Both the position numbers and the translations under genes were made by a program. From a virus (lineage: Duplodnaviria; Heunggongvirae; Uroviricota; Caudoviricetes), in IMG/VR virus record IMGVR_UViG_3300027126_000001: a stretch of 26,216 bases of DNA; one strand, written 5' to 3'. Shown one piece after another: positions 16,646-24,364 of the stretch. Within the stretch, counting starts at the first letter, position 1. Each line of letters opens with the position of its first letter. The notes below the pieces were generated by a model. It was not told the DNA's origin and did not search any database. It was given only the letters and a program-made list of their open reading frames with translations.

Positions 16646-16841
16646 AATGTTCCCAAATAGCCTCAATATGCTTTCTTAATTTACTCATAGCTTCATCAGC
16701 TTCTTTACATAGCTGAACTAACTCTGGATCTTCTTCTCCGTTGTATCCGTAATTCTCTATCCAATATCCAAATCCTTGATTATCGATTTCTCCAAATAAT
16801 TGTTCTGCTTCTTCTTCTGATAGTTTAATTTTACTCTCCAT
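16632..16841 (-). CDS. Hypothetical acidic protein
   Basis: 69-aa ORF overlapping the queD stop. Confidence 0.65.
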   Translation of the reverse strand: MESKIKLSEEEAEQLFGEIDNQGFGYWIENYGYNGEEDPELVQLCKEADEAMSKLRKHIEAIWEHYDIG

Positions 16842-17292
16842 ATATCGCTGAGTTTTTGTTATGTTCTTTAAATTCTACACTCACTACTCTTACTCTACCT
16901 TCTGTTTCTATTTGTATAAATTCAGATACTTTTTCGTAAATGTATTTTGCAAATTGTTCTGCTCCCGTTGCTGGAATTATTCTTAGTTGTATTATTTCTT
17001 CGTTGTGCATCTCTAATGCTTTTGGTAAGAATGGATCATCTTTTGCAATGATATAAGTATGGTCGAACATATAGTCCATCCACTCTTTAGGAGGCATACC
17101 ATGGATCTTATTCTTAGCTCTCTTCATTCCTCCAAAGTCCCACACCCAGTTTCTTTCGTCTAAGTCTCCTTCAAAGATAATTTTGAAAGAAATACCGTAC
17201 CCGTGAAGAAATCTACAATGAGTTCCTTCTGCTTTCCATTGACGGAATACTGTAGAGTACCCATCAAATACTTTTGTTGATTGAAATTTCAT
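16831..17292 (-). CDS. queD: 6-carboxy-5,6,7,8-tetrahydropterin synthase QueD
   Basis: HCRFLHGY, WVWDFGGMK, FDHTYI, TGAEQFAKYI, EHNKNSAIY (T-fold PTPS/QueD). Confidence 0.92.
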   Translation of the reverse strand: MKFQSTKVFDGYSTVFRQWKAEGTHCRFLHGYGISFKIIFEGDLDERNWVWDFGGMKRAKNKIHGMPPKEWMDYMFDHTYIIAKDDPFLPKALEMHNEEIIQLRIIPATGAEQFAKYIYEKVSEFIQIETEGRVRVVSVEFKEHNKNSAIYGE

Positions 17293-17295
17293 CTG

Positions 17296-17496
17296 TTAAA
17301 ATATTAAATTGTAAATTGTTGTCCATATAGCAACTGTTATAGCTCCTAATAAGATCCATATAATTACTTTTGTGTAGTCTTTCTTTCCTTCTCTGATCCA
17401 TACTTGTTTTTCTAGCTTAACTGTTTTAGGAGTGATAACTCTCTCAGTTAACTTTATATTCAAAGCCTGTTTTACGTGATCATTTACTTGTCTCAT
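17296..17496 (-). CDS. Small membrane protein
   Basis: C-terminal hydrophobic helix VIIWILLGAITVAIW. Confidence 0.65.
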   Translation of the reverse strand: MRQVNDHVKQALNIKLTERVITPKTVKLEKQVWIREGKKDYTKVIIWILLGAITVAIWTTIYNLIF

Positions 17497-17500
17497 ATCT

Positions 17501-17531
17501 ATAATATAATAAATTTATTTTATGATTCCAA
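17501..17531 (-). promoter_or_regulatory. Bacteroidota sigma-A-type promoter for the queD/queE run
   Basis: TTG(17531-17529)-N20-TATATTAT(17508-17501). Confidence 0.65.
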
Positions 17532-17942
17532 ACTTTTTGGGTAGTATTTTTCATATAATTCAGCTTCCTTTCTTCCACAATCATCACACTGTACTCCTCT
17601 CCCGACTGTGTTTAATGCTTGGTCGTACATACTGAGTCTGTCCAACTCTTCAAACTCTTCTGGGGTTAGATCTTCTCTTTCTAAATTCTTCCACCAATCC
17701 TTAGTATACCATTTTTTTGAGAATTCTGGATTTGTTTTTATTTTATTGTTGAACTCTTCTTGTGAAGGTGGCCTACTTAGTTTACCTTCGTGTTGGTTAA
17801 GAAGAGTCCTATAAGCATCAATTAAATCCCACTTCTCTTTTTGTGCTTCTGCTTCAGGAATAGGAATACATATTGATATGAATCCATGATAACAATTCTC
17901 TTTTTCTTCACCGCAGTGGTGACATTTTTCTAGTTTACTCAT
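17520..17942 (-). CDS. Hypothetical Zn-finger-like protein
   Basis: CHHC at the N-terminus and CDDC at the C-terminus. Confidence 0.65.
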   Translation of the reverse strand: MSKLEKCHHCGEEKENCYHGFISICIPIPEAEAQKEKWDLIDAYRTLLNQHEGKLSRPPSQEEFNNKIKTNPEFSKKWYTKDWWKNLEREDLTPEEFEELDRLSMYDQALNTVGRGVQCDDCGRKEAELYEKYYPKSLES

Positions 17943-18123
17943 CTTGATTTACATTTACGTTAATCATATTTGGCAGTACTCCTTGCGGACATCCTGCTGG
18001 TACTTTCTCCATTAGTTGTTTGTAGGTGTCGTCACCAACTATTCCATCAATGGTGTACTCTGTCTTAATTCCATTTTCATATATTGGAATTGAATATGTT
18101 TTTATATTTTCCATTACTTCCAA
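17935..18123 (-). CDS. Hypothetical protein
   Basis: 62-aa ORF tiling between neighbours. Confidence 0.55.
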   Translation of the reverse strand: MEVMENIKTYSIPIYENGIKTEYTIDGIVGDDTYKQLMEKVPAGCPQGVLPNMINVNVNQDE

Positions 18124-18452
18124 AACAATTGAACCATCATTATACTAAAAGCTAATCCTAAACAAATTAATGTTTTTAGAGTAAATGGTTCTTGAAACCA
18201 TGAATGTGCCATGTAACTAAATACTATTGCCCCTATTGAAAACCCCATCAATCTTGATGGCCATAACTCTCCTTCAAAATGGTCTACTAAGTATTTAACA
18301 GACATAAGGTATAGAAAGGAAATAGGCACTCCCATTAGCGAAACTGCCCATGGATGTTGTTTAAACCATTCCCATCTAAATTGTCCTTGTAATTGTACGA
18401 ATGTAAGTATTTGAGCTAGTACTCCAAAACTAAAACCTATTATAAATTTCAT
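18114..18452 (-). CDS. Small multi-pass membrane protein (possible DMT/SMR-like fold)
   Basis: About four hydrophobic segments in 112 aa; FQEPFTLKTLICLGL resembles DMT C-termini. Confidence 0.55.
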   Translation of the reverse strand: MKFIIGFSFGVLAQILTFVQLQGQFRWEWFKQHPWAVSLMGVPISFLYLMSVKYLVDHFEGELWPSRLMGFSIGAIVFSYMAHSWFQEPFTLKTLICLGLAFSIMMVQLFWK

Positions 18453-18763
18453 ATTAACTGTATTAGATAGTAACTTAACTTGTAACCCACAAATGCTCCT
18501 ATAGCTGATGGTACTGGGAATACTATTAATTTTCCTAAATCTGTAACATATTTTGGTCTGTTTAATAGTTTACCCATATAGGCGTAGTATGCTAGGTATC
18601 CTAACAAAACTGCGATATCTGTCTTTGTTGCTATAAATACAACTAGAGTTGCTCCTATGAAGGCAAAAGTAAAATTATCTCTTACTCCTTCCCAGATTTC
18701 TTTTAAAGTGGCATCTTTCCACTCTTTGACAATTTTTTTTACTTTTGCTTTTGGTGCTTTCAT
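18449..18763 (-). CDS. Membrane protein
   Basis: Hydrophobic segments FTFAFIGATLVVFIA and LIVFPVPSAIGAFVG. Confidence 0.65.
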   Translation of the reverse strand: MKAPKAKVKKIVKEWKDATLKEIWEGVRDNFTFAFIGATLVVFIATKTDIAVLLGYLAYYAYMGKLLNRPKYVTDLGKLIVFPVPSAIGAFVGYKLSYYLIQLI

Positions 18764-18766
18764 TTT

Positions 18767-19945
18767 TTAATTAGATAAAGGTGCTTTAATTGTTGGGTGT
18801 GATTGGTAATCGAATAATAATACATCTTCTGTTGATGAACAATATATTCCATCTCTAACATGAACTGTTGGTAAATCAAATCCTTCTCTTTGTATTTGTT
18901 CTTTGGCTTGTTCAATATGGTTTGAATACAAATGAACATCTCCTAAATTACCAATCAATTGGTCAGGAACCATGTTGACTTCTTTTGCTATTATTTCTAA
19001 TAACAATCCATAAGAAGCAATGTTGAATGGTAAACCTAAGAATGTATCTACTGAACGCTGATTCCACATTAAAGAGATTGCTCTGGTTGGAATATTTGCG
19101 TCATCCATAACTTTATTATGTCCTGATGGATAATGTAGCATAGCAGATTCAGCTTCTAATTTTTTTCTTAGTTCTAAATTTTTGTAAGCAATCTTAAATC
19201 GTTCATCCAAACTCAACTCTCTTGTATAAACTTGAAATCCATAATGACAAGGTGGAAGAACCATTTGGTCTAATTCTCCAACATTCCAAGCATTAACCAT
19301 CAATCGTCTTGAGTCTGGGTTTGTTTTAAGGTCGTTGATTAGGTTTTGGATTTGGTCTATTGAATTATTTTGGTATGTTACTTTAACAGCATATTTACTA
19401 TAATCACTACCATTACGAATTAATTCCATAACCTTAACTTTGTCAGAACTTTTTACATTTTCTAAATCATAATTTACTACGTTTTTTTTACCCCAACTTC
19501 TCCATTGCTTACCATAAATTGGACCTAAATCACCCCACTTCTTAGCAAACTCATCATCTGTTTTGATATTGTTGATAAATTCTTCTTGTGTTGAACATTT
19601 TACTAATTGACCAGCTTGTGAACTCATTAAATCAGCAACGCTTTCAGCTTTGTAAGCTGGGTTGTTTATGTAGTTCTTATAAGCGTCACCATCCCAAATG
19701 TGACAATTATTATCAACCAAATACTTAATATTTGTATCACCTCGAAGGAACCATAGTAGTTCTGTTACGATTGTTTTCCAAGGCATCTTCTTTGTAGTAA
19801 GCAACGGAAACCCATCTTTCATGTTATGTCTGATAGTATAACCGAAGATTGATTTTGTTCCTGTACCTGTTCTGTCTTTCTTATCAACACCATGTTCTAG
19901 TATGGTCTGAAGTAAGTCTGTGTATTGTTTGTCTAATTTATTCAT
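18767..19945 (-). CDS. thyA: Thymidylate synthase ThyA with insertions
   Basis: DRTGTGT, ELLWFLRG, LGPIYGKQWR, RRLMVNAWN, LPPCHY, QRSVDTFLGLPFNIASY, DVHLYSNH. Confidence 0.97.
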   Translation of the reverse strand: MNKLDKQYTDLLQTILEHGVDKKDRTGTGTKSIFGYTIRHNMKDGFPLLTTKKMPWKTIVTELLWFLRGDTNIKYLVDNNCHIWDGDAYKNYINNPAYKAESVADLMSSQAGQLVKCSTQEEFINNIKTDDEFAKKWGDLGPIYGKQWRSWGKKNVVNYDLENVKSSDKVKVMELIRNGSDYSKYAVKVTYQNNSIDQIQNLINDLKTNPDSRRLMVNAWNVGELDQMVLPPCHYGFQVYTRELSLDERFKIAYKNLELRKKLEAESAMLHYPSGHNKVMDDANIPTRAISLMWNQRSVDTFLGLPFNIASYGLLLEIIAKEVNMVPDQLIGNLGDVHLYSNHIEQAKEQIQREGFDLPTVHVRDGIYCSSTEDVLLFDYQSHPTIKAPLSN

Positions 19946-20147
19946 TCAAATAGTTATTAAAAATTTCTTTTGCTTTTTCTATATTGTCAGTATCTTCTTC
20001 TAGAAATGTCAGAATAATAAAATTGGCTTCTTCTTCAGTACATTTTTTATCAATGATGTCAATGTACGTTTCTACCTCTACTCCTAATGCTTCTGCCATG
20101 GCCATATCCATCATATCCCATAACCCTATTGCTTGTTTTTTATTCAT
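19938..20147 (-). CDS. Hypothetical acidic protein
   Basis: 69-aa ORF overlapping the thyA start. Confidence 0.65.
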   Translation of the reverse strand: MNKKQAIGLWDMMDMAMAEALGVEVETYIDIIDKKCTEEEANFIILTFLEEDTDNIEKAKEIFNNYLNE

Positions 20148-20148
20148 C

Positions 20149-20349
20149 TTACCAACTATCTACGTCTGTTAAATTTAATTCTTTATTTACTAAATCATTG
20201 TATACTTTTATAGTTTGACCTATACCACAATCTGATACTGACCAAGTCATATTACCGTACTTACCGTGAATAACTTTGATAGCAGCTGCCCATTCATCAT
20301 ACATGGCTTGCTGTTTATCATTTAGTTCAATTGTTATTTTGATATTCAT
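20149..20349 (-). CDS. Hypothetical protein
   Basis: Tightly tiled 66-aa ORF. Confidence 0.65.
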   Translation of the reverse strand: MNIKITIELNDKQQAMYDEWAAAIKVIHGKYGNMTWSVSDCGIGQTIKVYNDLVNKELNLTDVDSW

Positions 20350-20352
20350 TTT

Positions 20353-20544
20353 TTAATATTGTCTTAATTCTCTTTTGGATAGATTCCATCTTAAGCTACT
20401 TGATAGATCTGGATCTTGGTGTGTTTTGAAAAAATTATCTATGAGGTTATCTGCTACTCTATAGTGGAAATATGTTTCACAAGAACTAATTATTTGCATA
20501 ACCCATTCGTATACATCATGTTTGTTATTTGATTTTGCTGCCAT
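20353..20544 (-). CDS. Hypothetical protein
   Basis: Tightly tiled 63-aa ORF. Confidence 0.65.
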   Translation of the reverse strand: MAAKSNNKHDVYEWVMQIISSCETYFHYRVADNLIDNFFKTHQDPDLSSSLRWNLSKRELRQY

Positions 20545-20765
20545 TATAATTTACTAAATTTAATATACTCAGTGGCTTTACAAGCCTCTAAGAATCGTTT
20601 ATTTACTTGGTTAATTGAAGGTTTACGTCCAGTACGAGTTTGGAGTTTAGTTCTTGTTTTACCTTTGTGAGAAGCTTCACCCCAATTAATATAGTACCAG
20701 CCTGATTCTCTAACCAGTTGTACTTCATTTCCATTTACTGTCTTACTTGCTATAAAAGTTATCAT
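20544..20765 (-). CDS. Hypothetical protein
   Basis: Stop/start overlaps on both sides. Confidence 0.65.
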   Translation of the reverse strand: MITFIASKTVNGNEVQLVRESGWYYINWGEASHKGKTRTKLQTRTGRKPSINQVNKRFLEACKATEYIKFSKL

Positions 20766-21133
20766 TTAATTCTAGTATAAAGGTTACCTAATATGTTTTG
20801 TTTTTTACCTCTTATTTTATCTTCAAGGTCAGCTCTTTGTTTTGATACTTCTTCTTTGATTCGTTGTACAGCTCTTTCTGTCACCTTGGTATTAAGGTTA
20901 AGAGGGTAGATTTGTTTTGTATTTACAATTTCTGCTTTCTCTGTATCAATGATTAAATCAAGGTGAAGGCAAGGTACTTGAATGTAGTATTTTGAAACAT
21001 CTGGATCTTTAAGAGGTGTTTCTGCTTTAGGGTGGTAAAGTAATTTAAGAATATTTCTATACCCTCTCAAGTCTTCTTGAGTTAATTTAGTTCTAAATTT
21101 CTTAGATATCTTATTTTTAGTTTTTCTAAACAT
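20762..21133 (-). CDS. Hypothetical basic protein
   Basis: 123-aa ORF directly downstream of a promoter. Confidence 0.7.
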   Translation of the reverse strand: MFRKTKNKISKKFRTKLTQEDLRGYRNILKLLYHPKAETPLKDPDVSKYYIQVPCLHLDLIIDTEKAEIVNTKQIYPLNLNTKVTERAVQRIKEEVSKQRADLEDKIRGKKQNILGNLYTRIK

Positions 21134-21157
21134 AACCTTTGTGTTTTAAATTATACT

Positions 21158-21188
21158 TAAATATACGAAAAAAGACCTGCGTAAGCAA
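21158..21188 (-). promoter_or_regulatory. Bacteroidota sigma-A-type promoter
   Basis: TTG(21188-21186)-N20-TATATTTA(21165-21158). Confidence 0.72.
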
Positions 21189-21205
21189 GCCTTTTTCCAA
21201 TTATT

Positions 21206-21796
21206 TTACAAATATTTTTTCTTTAATATTACATCCCAATAACAAGTTGTGGTTTTAACTCCATCTACTGTAGAACTCCATACACATGGAAACTTCTTTC
21301 TAGCAATTGCTAATCTTCCCTCTGTAGTTTTAGCTACATGCTTTGTTTCTCTTGAATAATACAACCAGCATTCCCAGTAGTGATGTGGTTCTGTAGGAAC
21401 AAATGTTATTGCTATTTGATAACCAAAGAACACAAATGACCAAACTGGAGACCATTCAAATCTATAATCTGTATCTGTCCATTTTGTTTTCCAACCTAAA
21501 TCTACAAAATCAAATCCTATTTTTTTAGGAACTGATTTCGATCTTCTACTGTAATCATAGAATAGTTTTTCAAATCCTATTTTTTTAGCATTTGGATTTC
21601 TTTCTAGTTCAGCTGTGGCTTTGTCTGTGGCTTCTTGAATTGTTAGCATTTTCCATACTCTTGGTAAGAAATAAGGTGTACCAATAGCTGTTTTACCTAT
21701 ATAAATTTTAGGTTTAGGTGGTTTGAATGGAGAGAAGTAAACTTTCATCCAGTCAAATTTTCGTAAAAAATATTTTAGTTTATTTTTTAATTTCAT
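21206..21796 (-). CDS. Hypothetical aromatic-rich phage protein
   Basis: Trp/Phe-rich ORF. Likely start MKLKNK at 21796 (ORF track starts at 21829). Confidence 0.7.
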   Translation of the reverse strand: MKLKNKLKYFLRKFDWMKVYFSPFKPPKPKIYIGKTAIGTPYFLPRVWKMLTIQEATDKATAELERNPNAKKIGFEKLFYDYSRRSKSVPKKIGFDFVDLGWKTKWTDTDYRFEWSPVWSFVFFGYQIAITFVPTEPHHYWECWLYYSRETKHVAKTTEGRLAIARKKFPCVWSSTVDGVKTTTCYWDVILKKKYL

Positions 21797-22205
21797 TTTT
21801 TTCAGTTTTAATAATATAACCCTCTTCACACCACTTTAGATCTTTAACTTTTAAATCTTTAAAACCAAAAGATGATAAAGGCATTCCAACACTAATGTAA
21901 GGACCACCACTCGGATCTATCATATCAATCTTATCTTTAATAGATTCAACCATTCTGTTATACTTATCATAAACATATTGATGTGTTTCATCATCATATC
22001 TATGCACCTCTTCTTTAAATTGTTTTAAAGACATACAGTGATCACTATTGCAATTATCATCTATGTATTCTTTATATGCTCTTGTATAATCATTTGGCAT
22101 TCCAAATCTACAATACTCAAAGTTTCCTTCCCATAACACATTGCCATCGTCTTGCAATGTAAAGGTGAATATGTCACCATATCTATTTTTGTAAATTGTT
22201 CTCAT
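21780..22205 (-). CDS. Hypothetical protein
   Basis: 141-aa ORF with ATGA overlap. Confidence 0.7.
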   Translation of the reverse strand: MRTIYKNRYGDIFTFTLQDDGNVLWEGNFEYCRFGMPNDYTRAYKEYIDDNCNSDHCMSLKQFKEEVHRYDDETHQYVYDKYNRMVESIKDKIDMIDPSGGPYISVGMPLSSFGFKDLKVKDLKWCEEGYIIKTEKNEIKK

Positions 22206-22408
22206 AGTTTAATGTATTGACGTTTATATTTTGTTTGTTTCTCATTTAGCACAATGATGTACTTCTTTCCACTTTTAGTTTTATATACTTGAAATTTCAT
22301 TGTATCAATATAGTACCATTCTTGTGTATAAGAATGATCTTTGATTCTTTGTTCCACTGAACATGATGTCAGTGTTAGTAGTATGAGGAGTGTTAGTATG
22401 TATTTCAT
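22202..22408 (-). CDS. Putative lipoprotein
   Basis: MKYILTLLILLTLTSC lipobox-type signal peptide. Confidence 0.7.
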   Translation of the reverse strand: MKYILTLLILLTLTSCSVEQRIKDHSYTQEWYYIDTMKFQVYKTKSGKKYIIVLNEKQTKYKRQYIKL

Positions 22409-22521
22409 ATCTTATTTATTTTACAATGACATTTTCGGCATCGATAGTATTTCTTTTTGTAATTATATGCCCACCTATGTTTACAAAATAGTTGTTTAAA
22501 AATCTTGTAAATCTGAATCAT
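22405..22521 (-). CDS. 38-aa Cys-rich peptide
   Basis: Manual translation MIQIYKIFKQLFCKHRWAYNYKKKYYRCRKCHCKINKI. Fills the gap exactly, with ATGA overlap. Confidence 0.55.
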   Translation of the reverse strand: MIQIYKIFKQLFCKHRWAYNYKKKYYRCRKCHCKINKI

Positions 22522-22522
22522 C

Positions 22523-23079
22523 TTATTTCTTTTTAAATTGTTCAAACCATTTTGTAATATTGCTAATATTTTTCATTTCAGCAGAAAATTCTACAAGTAT
22601 GTCAATTACTTCTTCCTCACTATACTTATTCTTGTCTTGTTCTTGTTGCCATTTAGCACCTGCTGTAAACCCACAAACAAAATCAAATCTATTAGGCTCT
22701 AAAATAAATTTTCTAAATTCTTTAAAAGATTCTTCTCCTGCTATAAAAGAATCTTCTTCAATTGTTTCTTGTTTAGGTTCTTCTTTTGGAATAATGATTT
22801 CATATTCCCAACCTTGTTTTGTATCTAAAAAATTCTTTGGTTCATAAATAACTTCAACTTCCTCACAACTTGGATTCTTTACAAACCATTCTAAAAACTC
22901 ATCATCAATAGCTTGTACACCATCTTTGATTAAGTCTTGGTCTGTTGTTAGTATTATTTTTTTACTTGGAATTTCCTCCCCTTTAGGTTTCCTTTGGTAA
23001 TTATTAATTCTCTTATCCCCATCTTTAATTTCTTCATCATTTGTTATGTGTATATTCACATTAACACACCACTGATTAT
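22523..23079. repeat. Long imperfect direct repeat, copy 1 (paired with 25684..26216)
   Basis: Near-identical blocks interrupted by two divergent patches. Confidence 0.92.
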
Positions 23080-23173
23080 CAGGTGATACTTCGTTTTTAA
23101 ATAACCTAATACCGTCAAAACCTCTTAACATCCTACTTGGACTTAATGTTGTTAATACGTGTATGTTTTTCAT
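22523..23173 (-). CDS. Mosaic hypothetical phage protein, copy 1
   Basis: 216 aa; large blocks nearly identical to 25684..26216. Confidence 0.75.
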   Translation of the reverse strand: MKNIHVLTTLSPSRMLRGFDGIRLFKNEVSPDNQWCVNVNIHITNDEEIKDGDKRINNYQRKPKGEEIPSKKIILTTDQDLIKDGVQAIDDEFLEWFVKNPSCEEVEVIYEPKNFLDTKQGWEYEIIIPKEEPKQETIEEDSFIAGEESFKEFRKFILEPNRFDFVCGFTAGAKWQQEQDKNKYSEEEVIDILVEFSAEMKNISNITKWFEQFKKK

Positions 23174-23196
23174 AACCTTTGTTTTAAATTTATACT

Positions 23197-23227
23197 TAAA
23201 TATACGAAATTAAATCCGAGTTTCCAA
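23197..23227 (-). promoter_or_regulatory. Bacteroidota sigma-A-type promoter
   Basis: TTG(23227-23225)-N20-TATATTTA(23204-23197). Confidence 0.72.
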
Positions 23228-23695
23228 ATTTTTCATTATAATTCTATAAATTTTTTTATCCCTATGTGGATCTCCTTTCCCAATTGCTGGGTATATTATT
23301 GTACCTGAAAAATGTTTGTAGTAGTTATTTAGAGTGTTTTGATTCATTCTCTTTACTTTACCCCAACCCCATGAACCTTGTATGATAAAAAGGCGAGCGT
23401 TTGGGAAAGTTCTTTTAATAGTATTTAATAAAATACTTATACCTGTGTCTTTGTAATTATCATTTACCCCAATACATACACTTACACTTTTAACTGCAGG
23501 AGATACACGGTAATTACGTATTTTACTATTCAATTCAATAACGCCTATGCCTGATTGGCATAAACGTTTTATCTGTTTGATTTCAGTTGAATGTTTGGCT
23601 AGTAGGTATGTTTGTGAATCACCTATTAGGATATGTTCTTGACTGAAAGTAAAGACTGAGAATAGTATGAATATGTATTTATATAACTTTGTCAT
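23210..23695 (-). CDS. Putative secreted SGNH/GDSL-like hydrolase
   Basis: Signal-like N-terminus, LIGDSQT (block I), CIGVND (block III) and GDPH near the C-terminus. Confidence 0.55.
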   Translation of the reverse strand: MTKLYKYIFILFSVFTFSQEHILIGDSQTYLLAKHSTEIKQIKRLCQSGIGVIELNSKIRNYRVSPAVKSVSVCIGVNDNYKDTGISILLNTIKRTFPNARLFIIQGSWGWGKVKRMNQNTLNNYYKHFSGTIIYPAIGKGDPHRDKKIYRIIMKNLETRI

Positions 23696-24315
23696 GTGTT
23701 TTTATATTTCCAGATAAAACCTCCCGAGGTCTTAGCCCCACCTCGCAGGCATTGGCTAATTGCAGATACTGAGAGTTCTAGTTCTTGCCCTGCTTGAGAG
23801 GTGGAGTTCCATTCTCGGATAAATACCATGTCCCTAGTGTACTGTAGGATTGGTTTGCTAATTTTCCTTCTAATAGCATCTCTTTCTTCTGCGGTTCTGT
23901 TTTGCCAAACACTCTCTACCCCTCTCCTTCTATTTTCCCTCTGTTCAGTAGCTCTTTTTCCTCCATAGATGTCCTCATATTTCTTCCCTTTATAAAAATC
24001 CCGAATTTGATCTTTAGTTTTTTGTGAATGATTAGACTTAAATCCATCTCCCCCTTCTGTAATATTTACTAAAATTCCTCCTTCGCTTTTCCTACCTAAC
24101 TTTTTTATTAAAAGCACTTCTTCGCTACAAGCCTCCTCCCAAGTCAGTCCGTCTAGAAGTATTGTGACGGTATACCCTGTCTTGTTTGTAATTTTATACC
24201 AGTAACTGTTTCTTCCTTTTTTGCAAAAAGCTCTTGAATATCTTTTATCAGATCCTATTCCTATGTAAAAAATTTCTCCTGTGTCAACTCTTGTATGTGA
24301 ATAAACGTATGCCAT
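23692..24315 (-). CDS. Free-standing GIY-YIG homing endonuclease with NUMOD3/NUMOD1-type DNA-binding modules
   Basis: MAYVYSHTRVDTGEIFYIGIG..R, N-terminal GGDG/HSQKTK, C-terminal KPILQY...EWNSTSQAGQEL...AISQCLRG...GGFIWKY. Likely start at 24315. Confidence 0.82.
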   Translation of the reverse strand: MAYVYSHTRVDTGEIFYIGIGSDKRYSRAFCKKGRNSYWYKITNKTGYTVTILLDGLTWEEACSEEVLLIKKLGRKSEGGILVNITEGGDGFKSNHSQKTKDQIRDFYKGKKYEDIYGGKRATEQRENRRRGVESVWQNRTAEERDAIRRKISKPILQYTRDMVFIREWNSTSQAGQELELSVSAISQCLRGGAKTSGGFIWKYKNT

Positions 24316-24329
24316 GCTATTTCCTTTAG

Positions 24330-24338
24330 TATAAATAG
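24330..24338 (-). promoter_or_regulatory. Core of second-class motif (CTATTTATA)
   Basis: 15 nt upstream of the GIY-YIG ATG at 24315. Confidence 0.45.
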
Positions 24339-24364
24339 CTTGTTTGCACCATTTCTCTATAATA

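Noticed and set aside
18767-19945. Intein or intron in the enlarged ThyA, or ThyA as a base-modifying hydroxymethylase
   Set aside because: The insertions are short, lack intein C/S...HN termini, and keep the frame. The dUMP-specifying Asn (PFNIASY) is retained, consistent with ordinary thymidylate synthase.
21811-21841. Additional TATATTAT box as an eighth sigma-A promoter
   Set aside because: No TTG at the 20-nt spacing found in the other seven.
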